From positions 192,001-256,000 of the forward strand of contig CAWJSJ010000005.1 of the NCBI GenBank assembly GCA_963845565.1: a stretch of DNA of 64,000 nt. Direction: 5' to 3'. Made by a program: the position numbers and the translations under genes. This DNA comes from an uncultured Methylomirabilota bacterium. Its GTDB lineage: Bacteria > Methylomirabilota > Methylomirabilia > Methylomirabilales > 2-02-FULL-66-22. Below the pieces are notes generated by a model that had not been told where the DNA came from, did not search any database, and worked only from the letters and a program-made list of their open reading frames with translations. Positions 9,454 through 18,069 of the stretch are shown here, in pieces; the first letter of the stretch is position 1, and every line of letters starts with the position of its first letter.

Positions 9454-10923
9454 ATGAGTGCGAAAGAGTTCAGCCAGGCGGAGATCAAAGACGCGGTGAA
9501 GTCCCGGTATGCGAAAGCCATCCAGGGCCCTTCTTCCTGCTGTGGCCCATCAGCCACCCCGGCGGGGGCCCCGTCGAGCTCCTGCTGTGGACCGATCACG
9601 ATCGAGCAGAAGGGGGGCATGGTCAAGATTGCCGGCTACGATAAAGCCGACTTGAGCCGGCTGCCGGCCGACGCCGTCCAGAACTCCTTCGGGTGCGGAA
9701 CGCCCCTGGCGTTCGCGGGAGTCCAAGAAGGCCAGACGGTCCTCGACATCGGATCGGGCGCAGGCATTGATTGCTTCATCGCCGCGGAAAAAGTGGGGCC
9801 GACCGGCAAAGTGATCGGCCTGGACATGACGCCCGAGATGATCGAGCGCGCCCGCCAGAACGCCAAGGACGCCGGCCTCACCAACGTGGAGTTCCGCTTT
9901 GGCGAGGCGGAGAAGATGCCGGTCGACGATGCCTCCGTGGACTGGGTGATCTCGAACTGCGTGATCAACCTGAGTCCCGACAAGCCGGCGGTCTTCGGCG
10001 AGATCGGAAGGATCCTGCGCCCCGGCGGCCGGATCTCCATCTCCGACATCGTGGCGCAAGACCTCCCGAAGGCGGTCCGGGAGAGTCGCGACGCCTGGAC
10101 CGGATGCCTGGCCGGGGCGATCAGCGAAGAGGCTTATGTCCAGGGGCTTGAGAAGGCTGGATTACGCGACGTGCGCGTCACGTCGCGCATTGTGTATGAC
10201 GCGAGTCAACTCAAGGGCTTGTTTGGCAGCTCCTGCTGCGGGGCGGGAGAAGGGCAAGACGTGGCGGCCCTGGCGGACGCCGCGGCCGGGAAGATCTGGA
10301 GCGCGCGGTTCGAGGGGGTCAAGGCGCAACCGACGTCAGTGGTCGCCGGGACAACCATCGAGCCGGCCACGAAAGGCGACCTTCCCATGCTCGAAGCACT
10401 TCTGGTGGAGGCCGGTCTCCCCACAGATGTTGCCCCGCATCTGGCCGACTTCCTGGTGGCCCGACATCACCGAAAGGTTGTGGGGTGCGGGGGTATGGAG
10501 ATCCAGGGCACAGACGCGCTGTTTCGCTCGCTGGCGGTCAGTTCCGCCTATCGAGGGGTCGGCATCGGCCGACGGCTTTACGAAGCGCTCGTCGAAAAGG
10601 CTCGAGGAAAGGGCATCCACAGAGCGTACCTGCTGACAACCACGGTTGCTTCCTTGGCAGAGTCGTGGGGATTCCAGCGCATTGCGCGGGACCAGGTGCC
10701 TGAGGCGATCCGCGACACCACGCAGTTCCGTGGCGCATGCTGCGCCTCGGCGGTTTCCATGTGGAAGGAACTGGACAGTCAGCCTAGCGAAGTGCTGCTC
10801 TTGCTCCTGAACGTGACCGGGCGGTCCGGTCCGGACCGAAGAACGCAAGGTATCCCAGGTCCTGCGGGTTCGCCAACGGGACTTCGAACGTGCGGTGAGG
10901 AACTGCTGCAAGGGAATGGGTGA
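9454..10923 (+). CDS. arsM: Arsenite methyltransferase fused to a C-terminal GNAT (ArsN2-like) domain; true end probably near 10810
   Basis: SFGCGTP, LDIGSGAGID, ISNCVINL, WTGCLAGA; GNAT motifs RSLAV..YRGVGIG, YLLTTT, FRGACCASAVSM. Confidence 0.9.
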   Translation: MSAKEFSQAEIKDAVKSRYAKAIQGPSSCCGPSATPAGAPSSSCCGPITIEQKGGMVKIAGYDKADLSRLPADAVQNSFGCGTPLAFAGVQEGQTVLDIGSGAGIDCFIAAEKVGPTGKVIGLDMTPEMIERARQNAKDAGLTNVEFRFGEAEKMPVDDASVDWVISNCVINLSPDKPAVFGEIGRILRPGGRISISDIVAQDLPKAVRESRDAWTGCLAGAISEEAYVQGLEKAGLRDVRVTSRIVYDASQLKGLFGSSCCGAGEGQDVAALADAAAGKIWSARFEGVKAQPTSVVAGTTIEPATKGDLPMLEALLVEAGLPTDVAPHLADFLVARHHRKVVGCGGMEIQGTDALFRSLAVSSAYRGVGIGRRLYEALVEKARGKGIHRAYLLTTTVASLAESWGFQRIARDQVPEAIRDTTQFRGACCASAVSMWKELDSQPSEVLLLLLNVTGRSGPDRRTQGIPGPAGSPTGLRTCGEELLQGNG

Positions 10924-10938
10924 AGACGCAGTTCGCGC

Positions 10939-10986
10939 TTGACTGGGTTCGGAGTGGGGTATACTATATGAGCATATAGTCATAAG
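10939..10986 (+). promoter_or_regulatory. Sigma70 promoter and ArsR-type operator of the second arsR
   Basis: TTGACT-N17-TACTAT; TATATG-N10-CATAAG at 10965-10986. Confidence 0.55.
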
Positions 10987-10997
10987 GGGGAGGTGTT

Positions 10998-11312
10998 GTG
11001 GCAGACGATCGATTGCGGCAACTGAAAGCAGATCTGCTCAAGGCGCTCGGGCAGCCGACCCGACTGAAGATCCTGGAACTGCTCGTCGATGGGGAGCGGT
11101 GTGTCTGCGAGATCTTCCCGGCGATTCAGGGGGAGCAGTCGAATACCTCGAAGCACCTAAGTTTCCTGCGAAATCACGGCATCGTGATTTCGGAACGGCG
11201 GGGGATGCGAGTGTTCTATCGTCTGGCGGATAAACGAATCGCCCGACTACTGGAGGATGTGGAAGCGTGCGTGCGGGGAGGCCTCCAGGCGCAGGCGAGT
11301 CTGGTGGCCTGA
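10998..11312 (+). CDS. arsR: ArsR/SmtB family regulator (second copy)
   Basis: LKALGQPTRLKIL, ERCVCEI, SKHLSFLR. Confidence 0.85.
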   Translation: MADDRLRQLKADLLKALGQPTRLKILELLVDGERCVCEIFPAIQGEQSNTSKHLSFLRNHGIVISERRGMRVFYRLADKRIARLLEDVEACVRGGLQAQASLVA

Positions 11313-11396
11313 TTTTTTTTGAGTTAAGCATATGAGTGCATGCTCATTTATTCCTATCGCCTCGATTCTCCGATGGCGAGGGAAGGGGGAATACTC

Positions 11397-12530
11397 ATGG
11401 CCGGTGTGGAGGCGAAGTGCAATTGCCGGATGGACCTGCCGGAAGACGAACCCGAACGGGTCGCAGCCAAGGGGAATCGCAGCGTGGGGCGACAGGCCGC
11501 GATCCTTGGAGCCGCCGTGGTGGTCTGGTGGGTCATCTACGGGCAACTGGCCCCCTTGGCCGAGTGGGCCACCTATGGACCGCTCGGCCTCGAGCGGGGA
11601 AGCCACCTGGCAGACGCCGTGGAATTCTTCCTCTACGACACACCCAAGGTGCTCATGCTGTTGACTCTGGTGGTCTTCGGCGTGGGCGTGATCCGCTCCT
11701 TCTTCACCGCAGAGCGGACCCGCCGCATTCTGGCTGGGAAGCGCGAATCAGTCGGCAATGTCCTGGCTGCGCTCCTCGGGATCGTGACTCCGTTCTGCTC
11801 CTGTTCTGCCGTGCCGCTCTTCATCGGATTCGTCACGGCGGGCGTGCCGCTGGGCGTGACTTTCTCCTTTCTGATCTCGGCGCCCATGATCAACGAGATC
11901 GCCCTGGTGCTTCTCTACGGTCTCTTCGGGTGGAAGGTGGCAGCCATCTATCTCGGGACCGGCCTCGTCATCGCCATCCTGTCCGGGTGGGTGATCGGCC
12001 GGTTGAAGATGGAGCCGCACGTTGAGGCGTGGGTGTACAAGACAACGGCGGGTGTCAGCGGCGCGGAGGAAGAACTGGATTGGTCTGGCCGCATTCATGC
12101 GGGGCTGGACGCCGTGCGGGACATCGTGGGGAGGGTGTGGGTTTACGTCGTGCTGGGAATCGCCGTGGGGGCGGGGATTCACGGCTACGTCCCGGAGAAC
12201 TTCATGGCATCCATCATGGGGAAGGGGGCCTGGTGGTCGGTCCCGCTGGCGGTGCTGATCGGGATCCCCATGTACTCGAATGCCGCCGGAATCATCCCCG
12301 TGGTCCAGGCGCTATTGGGGAAAGGGGCGGCGCTGGGGACCGTTCTGGCATTCATGATGGCGGTGATCGGGCTGTCCTTACCCGAGACCATCATCTTGCG
12401 AAAGGTCCTGAAGCCCCGTCTTATCGCCACGTTCATCGCGGTGGTTGGAGCGGGGATCCTGCTCGTCGGGTACCTTTTTAACCTGTTGCCACTTCAAGAG
12501 ATCGTGACCACCGGTCGGGCGATCTCGTAA
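11397..12530 (+). CDS. arsP: DUF318/ArsP family permease
   Basis: TPFCSCSAVPLF, GIPMYSNAAG, GLSLPE; multiple TM helices; ars context. Confidence 0.8.
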   Translation: MAGVEAKCNCRMDLPEDEPERVAAKGNRSVGRQAAILGAAVVVWWVIYGQLAPLAEWATYGPLGLERGSHLADAVEFFLYDTPKVLMLLTLVVFGVGVIRSFFTAERTRRILAGKRESVGNVLAALLGIVTPFCSCSAVPLFIGFVTAGVPLGVTFSFLISAPMINEIALVLLYGLFGWKVAAIYLGTGLVIAILSGWVIGRLKMEPHVEAWVYKTTAGVSGAEEELDWSGRIHAGLDAVRDIVGRVWVYVVLGIAVGAGIHGYVPENFMASIMGKGAWWSVPLAVLIGIPMYSNAAGIIPVVQALLGKGAALGTVLAFMMAVIGLSLPETIILRKVLKPRLIATFIAVVGAGILLVGYLFNLLPLQEIVTTGRAIS

Positions 12531-12592
12531 TCCGTCGGGAGCGGGGGACGGAGCCGTCCCGCCTGCCGCACACGACTCAAAAGGAGCGACAC

Positions 12593-12829
12593 ATGAAGAA
12601 GATCGCGGTGTATGGACCTGGTTGCATGAAGTGCAAGAAGGCCGAGGAGAATGTTCGTCAGGTACTGGCGGAAACGGGGATCCAGGCGACGGTGGAGCAT
12701 GTGACGGAGATGCAGGCCATCGTGGCCGCCGGCGTGATGTCCACCCCGGCGGTGGCCATTGACGGCGTGATCAAGCTGTCGGGTCGTGTTCCTACGACCA
12801 CCGAAATCCGGCAATGGATTTCGGCGTAA
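12593..12829 (+). CDS. Small redox-active disulfide (thioredoxin-like, MTH895-type) protein
   Basis: GPGCMKC, GVMSTPAVAIDG, SGRVP. Confidence 0.9.
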   Translation: MKKIAVYGPGCMKCKKAEENVRQVLAETGIQATVEHVTEMQAIVAAGVMSTPAVAIDGVIKLSGRVPTTTEIRQWISA

Positions 12830-12883
12830 CGCAACCGGCGTGCCCGGATTCTCCCGGGCCGGAGTGTGCCAAGTCTCTCTGTA

Positions 12884-12921
12884 ACGCAGAACCGGAGCCC
12901 ATTCGGGCTCCGGTTCTGCGT
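12884..12921. terminator. Perfect 17-bp hairpin between convergent genes
   Basis: ACGCAGAACCGGAGCCC-ATTC-GGGCTCCGGTTCTGCGT. Confidence 0.65.
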
Positions 12922-12953
12922 CGGCTGTCTGTCGTAGCTTCCGTGACTCCAGG

Positions 12954-13181
12954 TTACCCGGCCAGCTTCGCCTGGAACTTTCCCGCCGCCTGGATCGCGG
13001 CCACGATCTGGTCCGGGGAGGGGGCCCCACCCTCGACGGTCACGCGCGCTTCCTTCTTGATCCGATCCGCCGCCGCACCCTTCACGCCTGCAAGCCTTTC
13101 CAAGGCTTGTTTCACTTCTCGCTCGCAGCCGCCTCAGGTCATGCCGGTGACGGAGAATACCAACTCCTTGGTCTCAGCCAT
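12954..13181 (-). CDS. Heavy-metal-associated (CopZ/MerP-like) putative selenoprotein, GMT-U-GGC
   Basis: AGGAGG RBS; MAETKELVFSVTGMT-U-GGCEREVKQALERLAGV...IVAAIQAAGKFQAKLAG; TGA 13134-13136 replaces the first Cys of GMxCxxC; hairpin CAAGCCTT-GGA-AAGGCTTG at 13091-13109. Confidence 0.85.
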
Positions 13182-13269
13182 TGCATCCTCCTTGTGTGAA
13201 GGCCGTGTGCCCGAACCCGACGAGATACTAACGCGGCTGCCCCCGGTGGGGGAAGCGGATTCTTCCCCG

Positions 13270-13307
13270 GAAAGAACAAGAGGGAAGGGGGTGTTCCCCT
13301 TCCCTCT
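13270..13307 (-). terminator. Putative intrinsic terminator after hsp20
   Basis: 12-bp stem AGAGGGAAGGGG/CCCCTTCCCTCT with T-rich tail on the minus strand. Confidence 0.5.
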
Positions 13308-13398
13308 CTGCCAACAAGATCCTGCATGCCAGACAGCCGAATACCCCCTTCTCGACCAGGCCGCTCAAAAAGGTCCATTGGGCCTTTTCACTGGCCTG

Positions 13399-13866
13399 CT
13401 AGGCGGCTTCGACCTTGATCGCCTTTGGCCGGGCCTCTTCCTTCTTCGGGAGCTGGATCTCCAGCACGCCATCCTTGTAGGTGGCCTTCACCCGCTCGGT
13501 GTCCACCGTCGGAGGCAGGGCCACGGACCGCTGGTAGGCGCCATAGCTCCGCTCGATTCTGGTGAATCCTTCCTCGCTGACCTCGGACTCGTTCTTCCGC
13601 TCGCCCTTCACCGTCAGCATGTTGTCTTCGATCGAGATGTTGATATCTTCCTGCTTGACGCCGGGGACGTCCATCTTCAACGAGATCCCGTCCTTGGTCT
13701 CCACGACATCCAGCAGCGGCTTCCACTCGTCGGCATTCGTGTTCATGCCCTCCCGCAGGAAATTCACGAGGGGCTCATCAAAGATCCGGCGGAAACCGGC
13801 CAACCCTTCGAACGGGTTACAGGTGTGGAGCGATGCGAACCGCGGCTGCAATCTGGTCATCAACAT
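13399..13866 (-). CDS. Hsp20/alpha-crystallin small heat shock protein
   Basis: DVPGVKQEDINI, ERSYGAYQRS, ATYKDGVLEIQLPK; GGAGGAG RBS. Confidence 0.95.
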   Translation of the reverse strand: MLMTRLQPRFASLHTCNPFEGLAGFRRIFDEPLVNFLREGMNTNADEWKPLLDVVETKDGISLKMDVPGVKQEDINISIEDNMLTVKGERKNESEVSEEGFTRIERSYGAYQRSVALPPTVDTERVKATYKDGVLEIQLPKKEEARPKAIKVEAA

Positions 13867-13976
13867 TGTCGTCTCCTCCTCTTGGATTAGTCGAGCGATG
13901 CTCGACTTGGTTTCCCTTCCGACCACCACCATTTATGCCCTGTCGCTTCTGTTTCCTCAGTCATTAGTCGCTAATA

Positions 13977-14006
13977 TATATATAACTTGAGCCGTATATT
14001 GTCAAT
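13977..14006 (-). promoter_or_regulatory. hsp20 promoter with HAIR-like inverted repeat
   Basis: TTGACA-N17-TATATA on the minus strand; CTTGAGC-N7-TGTCAAT at 13986-14006. Confidence 0.55.
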
Positions 14007-14311
14007 ATCAAAATATTAAGTGGAAAAGTAGTCATAAAGCTAATCATTTTCAATAATTTATGTAATCAATAGATCCTCCATACTATTCTGGAAAAAGTTT
14101 GAGCGAGGAGTCTTTCTTGTTCGATGAGGGCTGGATGGATCCCCGTCTGGGGGGGGAAGGCCCCGACCGATGGCCCGTGAATCCAAGCCGAGACAGGCAA
14201 GGAATGGGGCGGTATTTCTGGTGTGATTGTGCGGGGAAAGATGAGCGACTATACTAGGCTAGCAGCGAGGGCACGCATGATGCGCACCGTAGGGATTAAG
14301 GAGGGGAGCAG

Positions 14312-14485
14312 TTGGCGGACGTACACCTCGAGATCGGCCTGAAGAAGGCGATCGAGTGGATCACTCACAGACGGCGGGATGAGCCCACGGCGGGTCTGGC
14401 GGTGATGGTGGATGAGGCCTGTCGACGGTTCGACCTGACCCCGATCCAGGCGGAGTTCCTGCTCCGCCATTTCTCCCAGGGCTGA
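14312..14485 (+). CDS. Small hypothetical protein (57 aa)
   Basis: AAGGAGG RBS, TTG start; LKKAIEWI...VDEACRRFDLTPIQAEFL; below ORF-track cutoff. Confidence 0.65.
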   Translation: MADVHLEIGLKKAIEWITHRRRDEPTAGLAVMVDEACRRFDLTPIQAEFLLRHFSQG

Positions 14486-14492
14486 AGGCCGC

Positions 14493-14780
14493 TCACGGAG
14501 CGACGGCACTTCCCTTGCGCTTGATGTCCTCGATCGCCTGACGAACGGCTGGCAACAGGAACACACCTTCCAGATCGAACTGGGTCAAGCCTGTGGCGAG
14601 CAAACGTGCTTTGTCTCGAACGCCGAGCGTCCGCTCGATGATGATCTGCCGCTCCCCACGGAGGACGCATAGCCCGCCCCGTCCGGCCAGCTCTTCCGTG
14701 GCGAGGTTGGCGTAGCGGACAGGAATCTCGAGCTGTTCGGCCAGCGCTTCCAGTTTGGACAACAACTCCCGATCCAGCAT
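14493..14780 (-). CDS. Hypothetical protein
   Basis: 95-aa ORF with protein-like composition (GGLCVLRGE...IIE...FLLPAVRQAIE). Confidence 0.7.
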   Translation of the reverse strand: MLDRELLSKLEALAEQLEIPVRYANLATEELAGRGGLCVLRGERQIIIERTLGVRDKARLLATGLTQFDLEGVFLLPAVRQAIEDIKRKGSAVAP

Positions 14781-14834
14781 GGCGCCGGACCCCTGTTCGA
14801 TCCCGTACGCTCGAGCCCGCTGCGAAACCCGGCG

Positions 14835-14940
14835 GTTAGGAGCCGTTACGAAATAACCTATACATCTCTTTCTATTTCGTTACGGCTCCTTATGCCGTTT
14901 CGGAATGTCTCCGCTCAACGAATTCTTTGACAACGGCTTA
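14835..14940 (-). repeat. 106-bp double-hairpin repeat, copy 1
   Basis: Reverse complement of 29117-29222 with 2 mismatches; begins at the folP TAA. Confidence 0.9.
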
Positions 14941-15777
14941 CCTGGGCCGGAGGGCCTCGACCATGCGAATCACATCCCGCGTGGCCCCGACGTCGTGCGT
15001 GCGAACCATGTGCGCGCCGTTCAAGATCGCCACCGCCGTTGCGGCCAAGGATCCAGCCAGGCGATCGTCCGGTTCCGGTCGGTCCAGGAGCCTTCCGATG
15101 AAGGACTTCCGAGAGAGCGCGATGAGGATCGGCCGGCCGAGCGCTCGCAACTCTCCCAGTCCGCGCACCACCTCGCAATCCCACGCATCCCAGGGAAGCG
15201 CCGCTTTCCGAAAGAAGCCAATGCCCGGGTCCAGGACGATGCGATTGGCCGACAGGCCGGCGTCGTGCGCCAGGGTGAGGCTCTCTCGCAGAAGACTCCG
15301 CACCCGGTTGATCGGCTCCTGCGCCCCCGGCCCGGTTTCCGAGGCCATCAGGATCGCGCCCACCGCCCGTTGGGCTGCCACCGCGGCCATGCCGGGATCG
15401 TGGCGAAATCCGCTCACGTCGTTGATCACCACGGCCCCCGCGTCAAGGGCGGCCAGCGCGACCCGACTGCGCTTGGTGTCAACGGAGATCGGCAAGGCGG
15501 TCGCCGCGCGGAGCGCGCCGATGGCCCGGGTGAGCCGGCGGATCTCTTCCGCCTCAGAGATCTCGGTCTCCAGATAGGGGGCGGTGGACATGGCGCCGAC
15601 ATCGATCATGTCCACGCCCTCGGCGTCCATCTGCTCTGCGCGTTGGCGGACCGCGTCCTCGGTTTCAGCGACGGAGCCCTTGAAAAAGGACTCGGGGCTG
15701 ACGTTGATCGCCCCGAGGAGACGAACCGGGAATCCGTCCCCCACTTCGAGACCGGCCAGGTTTGCGTACACGGCCAT
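14938..15777 (-). CDS. folP: Dihydropteroate synthase
   Basis: INVSPESF, IDVGAMSTAP, SVDT, DPGIGF, SRKSFIG, VRTHDV. Confidence 0.92.
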   Translation of the reverse strand: MAVYANLAGLEVGDGFPVRLLGAINVSPESFFKGSVAETEDAVRQRAEQMDAEGVDMIDVGAMSTAPYLETEISEAEEIRRLTRAIGALRAATALPISVDTKRSRVALAALDAGAVVINDVSGFRHDPGMAAVAAQRAVGAILMASETGPGAQEPINRVRSLLRESLTLAHDAGLSANRIVLDPGIGFFRKAALPWDAWDCEVVRGLGELRALGRPILIALSRKSFIGRLLDRPEPDDRLAGSLAATAVAILNGAHMVRTHDVGATRDVIRMVEALRPR

Positions 15778-15822
15778 GCGGGTTCTCCGATGGGCTCACG
15801 GTGCGACGTCTTGCTCACAAAC

Positions 15823-15857
15823 AAACGGCGTCAGGAATCTTGCTCCTGACGCCGTTT
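15823..15857. terminator. 14-bp stem hairpin downstream of the SPFH gene
   Basis: AAACGGCGTCAGGA-N7-TCCTGACGCCGTTT. Confidence 0.5.
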
Positions 15858-15882
15858 CGGGTCCACACCCTGCGGCGGGCCG

Positions 15883-16680
15883 TCAGGCCGACTTCTTCAA
15901 CCCTGAAAAGGCCTGCAGGAAGTCAATGGGGAGCGGGAAGACGATGGTCGAGTTCTTCTCCGTGCCGATCTCCGTCAGTGTCTGCAGGTAGCGGAGCTGG
16001 ATCGTGACAGGCTCCGAGGCGATGATCTTTGCCGCCTGGGCCAGCTTCTCGGACGCCTGCAGTTCGCCCTCGGCGTGGATGATCTTGGCGCGCTTCTCCC
16101 GCTCGGCCTCGGCCTGGCGGGCCATGGCGCGCTGCATCTCCTGGGGAAGATCGATGAACTTGACCTCCACGGCGCTGACCTTGATGCCCCACGGTTCGGT
16201 GTGCTCGTCGATGATCCGCTGGAGCTTCTGATTGATCTTGTCGCGCTCCGAGAGCAGTTCGTCCAGCTCGGACTGGCCCAGCACGCTGCGCAGCGTGGTC
16301 TGGGCGATCTGGGAGGTGGCAAACAGGTAATCCTCCACGGCGACCACCGCCCGTTCCGGGTCCATCACCCGGAAGTAAATGACCGCATTCACCTTCAGGG
16401 AGACGTTGTCGCGGGTGATCGTATCCTGGGACGGCACGTCCATGGCCACGGTCCGCAGGCTGACCTTGACCATCTTGTCGATGAGTGGCAGCAGTAAGAG
16501 GAGCCCCGGGCCGTTTCCCTGTCCCCCCGGATTCAGCAACGCCTTGGATAGGCGGCCCAGGCGGAACACGACCGCGCGTTCGTACTCCCGCAGGACCTTC
16601 AACGAGCTGGACAGGACGTAGATGGCCAGAATGATGAGAAAGACCATCGGGACGAAGGTGAACGGCAGGATGTTGTTCAT
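15883..16680 (-). CDS. SPFH/stomatin-like (slipin) protein
   Basis: [43 protein letters not shown]. Confidence 0.92.
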   Translation of the reverse strand: MNNILPFTFVPMVFLIILAIYVLSSSLKVLREYERAVVFRLGRLSKALLNPGGQGNGPGLLLLLPLIDKMVKVSLRTVAMDVPSQDTITRDNVSLKVNAVIYFRVMDPERAVVAVEDYLFATSQIAQTTLRSVLGQSELDELLSERDKINQKLQRIIDEHTEPWGIKVSAVEVKFIDLPQEMQRAMARQAEAEREKRAKIIHAEGELQASEKLAQAAKIIASEPVTIQLRYLQTLTEIGTEKNSTIVFPLPIDFLQAFSGLKKSA

Positions 16681-18029
16681 TCTGACCTCCCCGGCGTGAC
16701 GGGGCCAGGGGCCGCCATCACGCGCTGGACCGGAACGACGCGCAGGGTGAGTCCCTCGATCTTGGCCACTCGCACCGAATCGCCGGGTTCGACCGGCGAT
16801 TCGGCCTCGGCGTTCCACAGTTCCCCGCGCACAAAGATCTGGCCCCGCGGGGCCAGTCGGCTGCGGACGACCCCTACCTCGCCGACCAGTCCCTCGCGGC
16901 CCGTGGTCGTCCGAGACCACAGGGCGCGCGCCGCCGTGCCGACGATGAGCGTGAAAAAGCCGGCCATCACCAGCGCGGTGACGATGATGGTGGTGAGCGG
17001 GATCCGCATGTCGGGTATCGGGCTGTCGATGAGCATGACGGAGCCGAGGATCATCGCCGCAACGCCTCCCAGCGTCAGGATGCCGTGAGAGACGATCTTG
17101 ATCTCGGCGATGAACATCACGACGGCCAGCAAGATGAGCAGGACACCGGCATAGTTGATCGGCAACTGCTGGAACGCGTACAGGGCCAGGATCAGGCTGA
17201 TCCCGCCGAGGACGCCCGGCAGGACCGCGCCGGGCGTGCTGAACTCGAAGTACAGGCCGGCCAAGCCGAGCAGCAGGAGGAAGTAGGCGATCGTCGGGTC
17301 GGCGATGATCTTCAGGATCTTCTCGCGGAGGTTCATTTCCCCGCGGGTGACGGTGGCGTCCTTCGTTTCGATCTTGACTTTGCCGGCCGCTGTGGTGACC
17401 ACGCGGCCGTCGATCGTCTGGAGGAGGTCCTCCAGCTTCGGACTGACCACATCGATGAGCTTCGCCTTCAGGGCCTCGGTCTCGGTCTTGGCGGTGGCCT
17501 TCCGGACCCACTCCTCGGCCAGATCGATCGGCCGACCGCGCTTCTCGGCGATGGTGCGCATGTACGCCGCCGCGTCGTTGGTGACCTTCTTTTCCATGGT
17601 CTTGTCCATCTGACCGCCCATCGCCACGGGGGCGGCGGCGCCGATGTTGGTTCCCGGCGCCATGGCGGCGACGTGCGCGGCCACGGTGATGAAGGCCCCG
17701 GCCGAGGCGGCGCGGGCGCCGCTGGGGGCGACGTAGACCACGATGGGACGCTCGGCGGCCAGCATCTCCTTGATGATGGCTCGCATGGAGGTGTCCAGGC
17801 CGCCGGGCGTGTCCAGCTCGATGACGAGCGCGGCGACCTTGTCCTTCTCGGCCTGCTTGATGGCGGCCACGATATATTCCGCCGCGCTGGACGAGATGAC
17901 GCCCTCCACCCGGATGACGTTGACCTGAGGGGAGGCGGCGAAGGCCGGCGAAATACCACAACACAGGGCGACGAGGGTCAGGACGACCCCGGCGCGGCGA
18001 ACGCGGGCTGCGAAGTCGAGAGATCGCAT
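16677..18029 (-). CDS. nfeD: NfeD family membrane-bound serine protease
   Basis: [23 protein letters not shown] region; C-terminal OB domain (GELWNA); paired with SPFH gene. Confidence 0.9.
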   Translation of the reverse strand: MRSLDFAARVRRAGVVLTLVALCCGISPAFAASPQVNVIRVEGVISSSAAEYIVAAIKQAEKDKVAALVIELDTPGGLDTSMRAIIKEMLAAERPIVVYVAPSGARAASAGAFITVAAHVAAMAPGTNIGAAAPVAMGGQMDKTMEKKVTNDAAAYMRTIAEKRGRPIDLAEEWVRKATAKTETEALKAKLIDVVSPKLEDLLQTIDGRVVTTAAGKVKIETKDATVTRGEMNLREKILKIIADPTIAYFLLLLGLAGLYFEFSTPGAVLPGVLGGISLILALYAFQQLPINYAGVLLILLAVVMFIAEIKIVSHGILTLGGVAAMILGSVMLIDSPIPDMRIPLTTIIVTALVMAGFFTLIVGTAARALWSRTTTGREGLVGEVGVVRSRLAPRGQIFVRGELWNAEAESPVEPGDSVRVAKIEGLTLRVVPVQRVMAAPGPVTPGRSE

Positions 18030-18069
18030 TGGACACCCCTGGCCGCGGCGGCTCCAGAATTGTGCCTTA

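Noticed and set aside
15883..18036. 717-aa SPFH protein with a long N-terminal extension
   Set aside because: The extension is an off-frame reading of nfeD; the real start is ATG 16680, overlapping the nfeD stop
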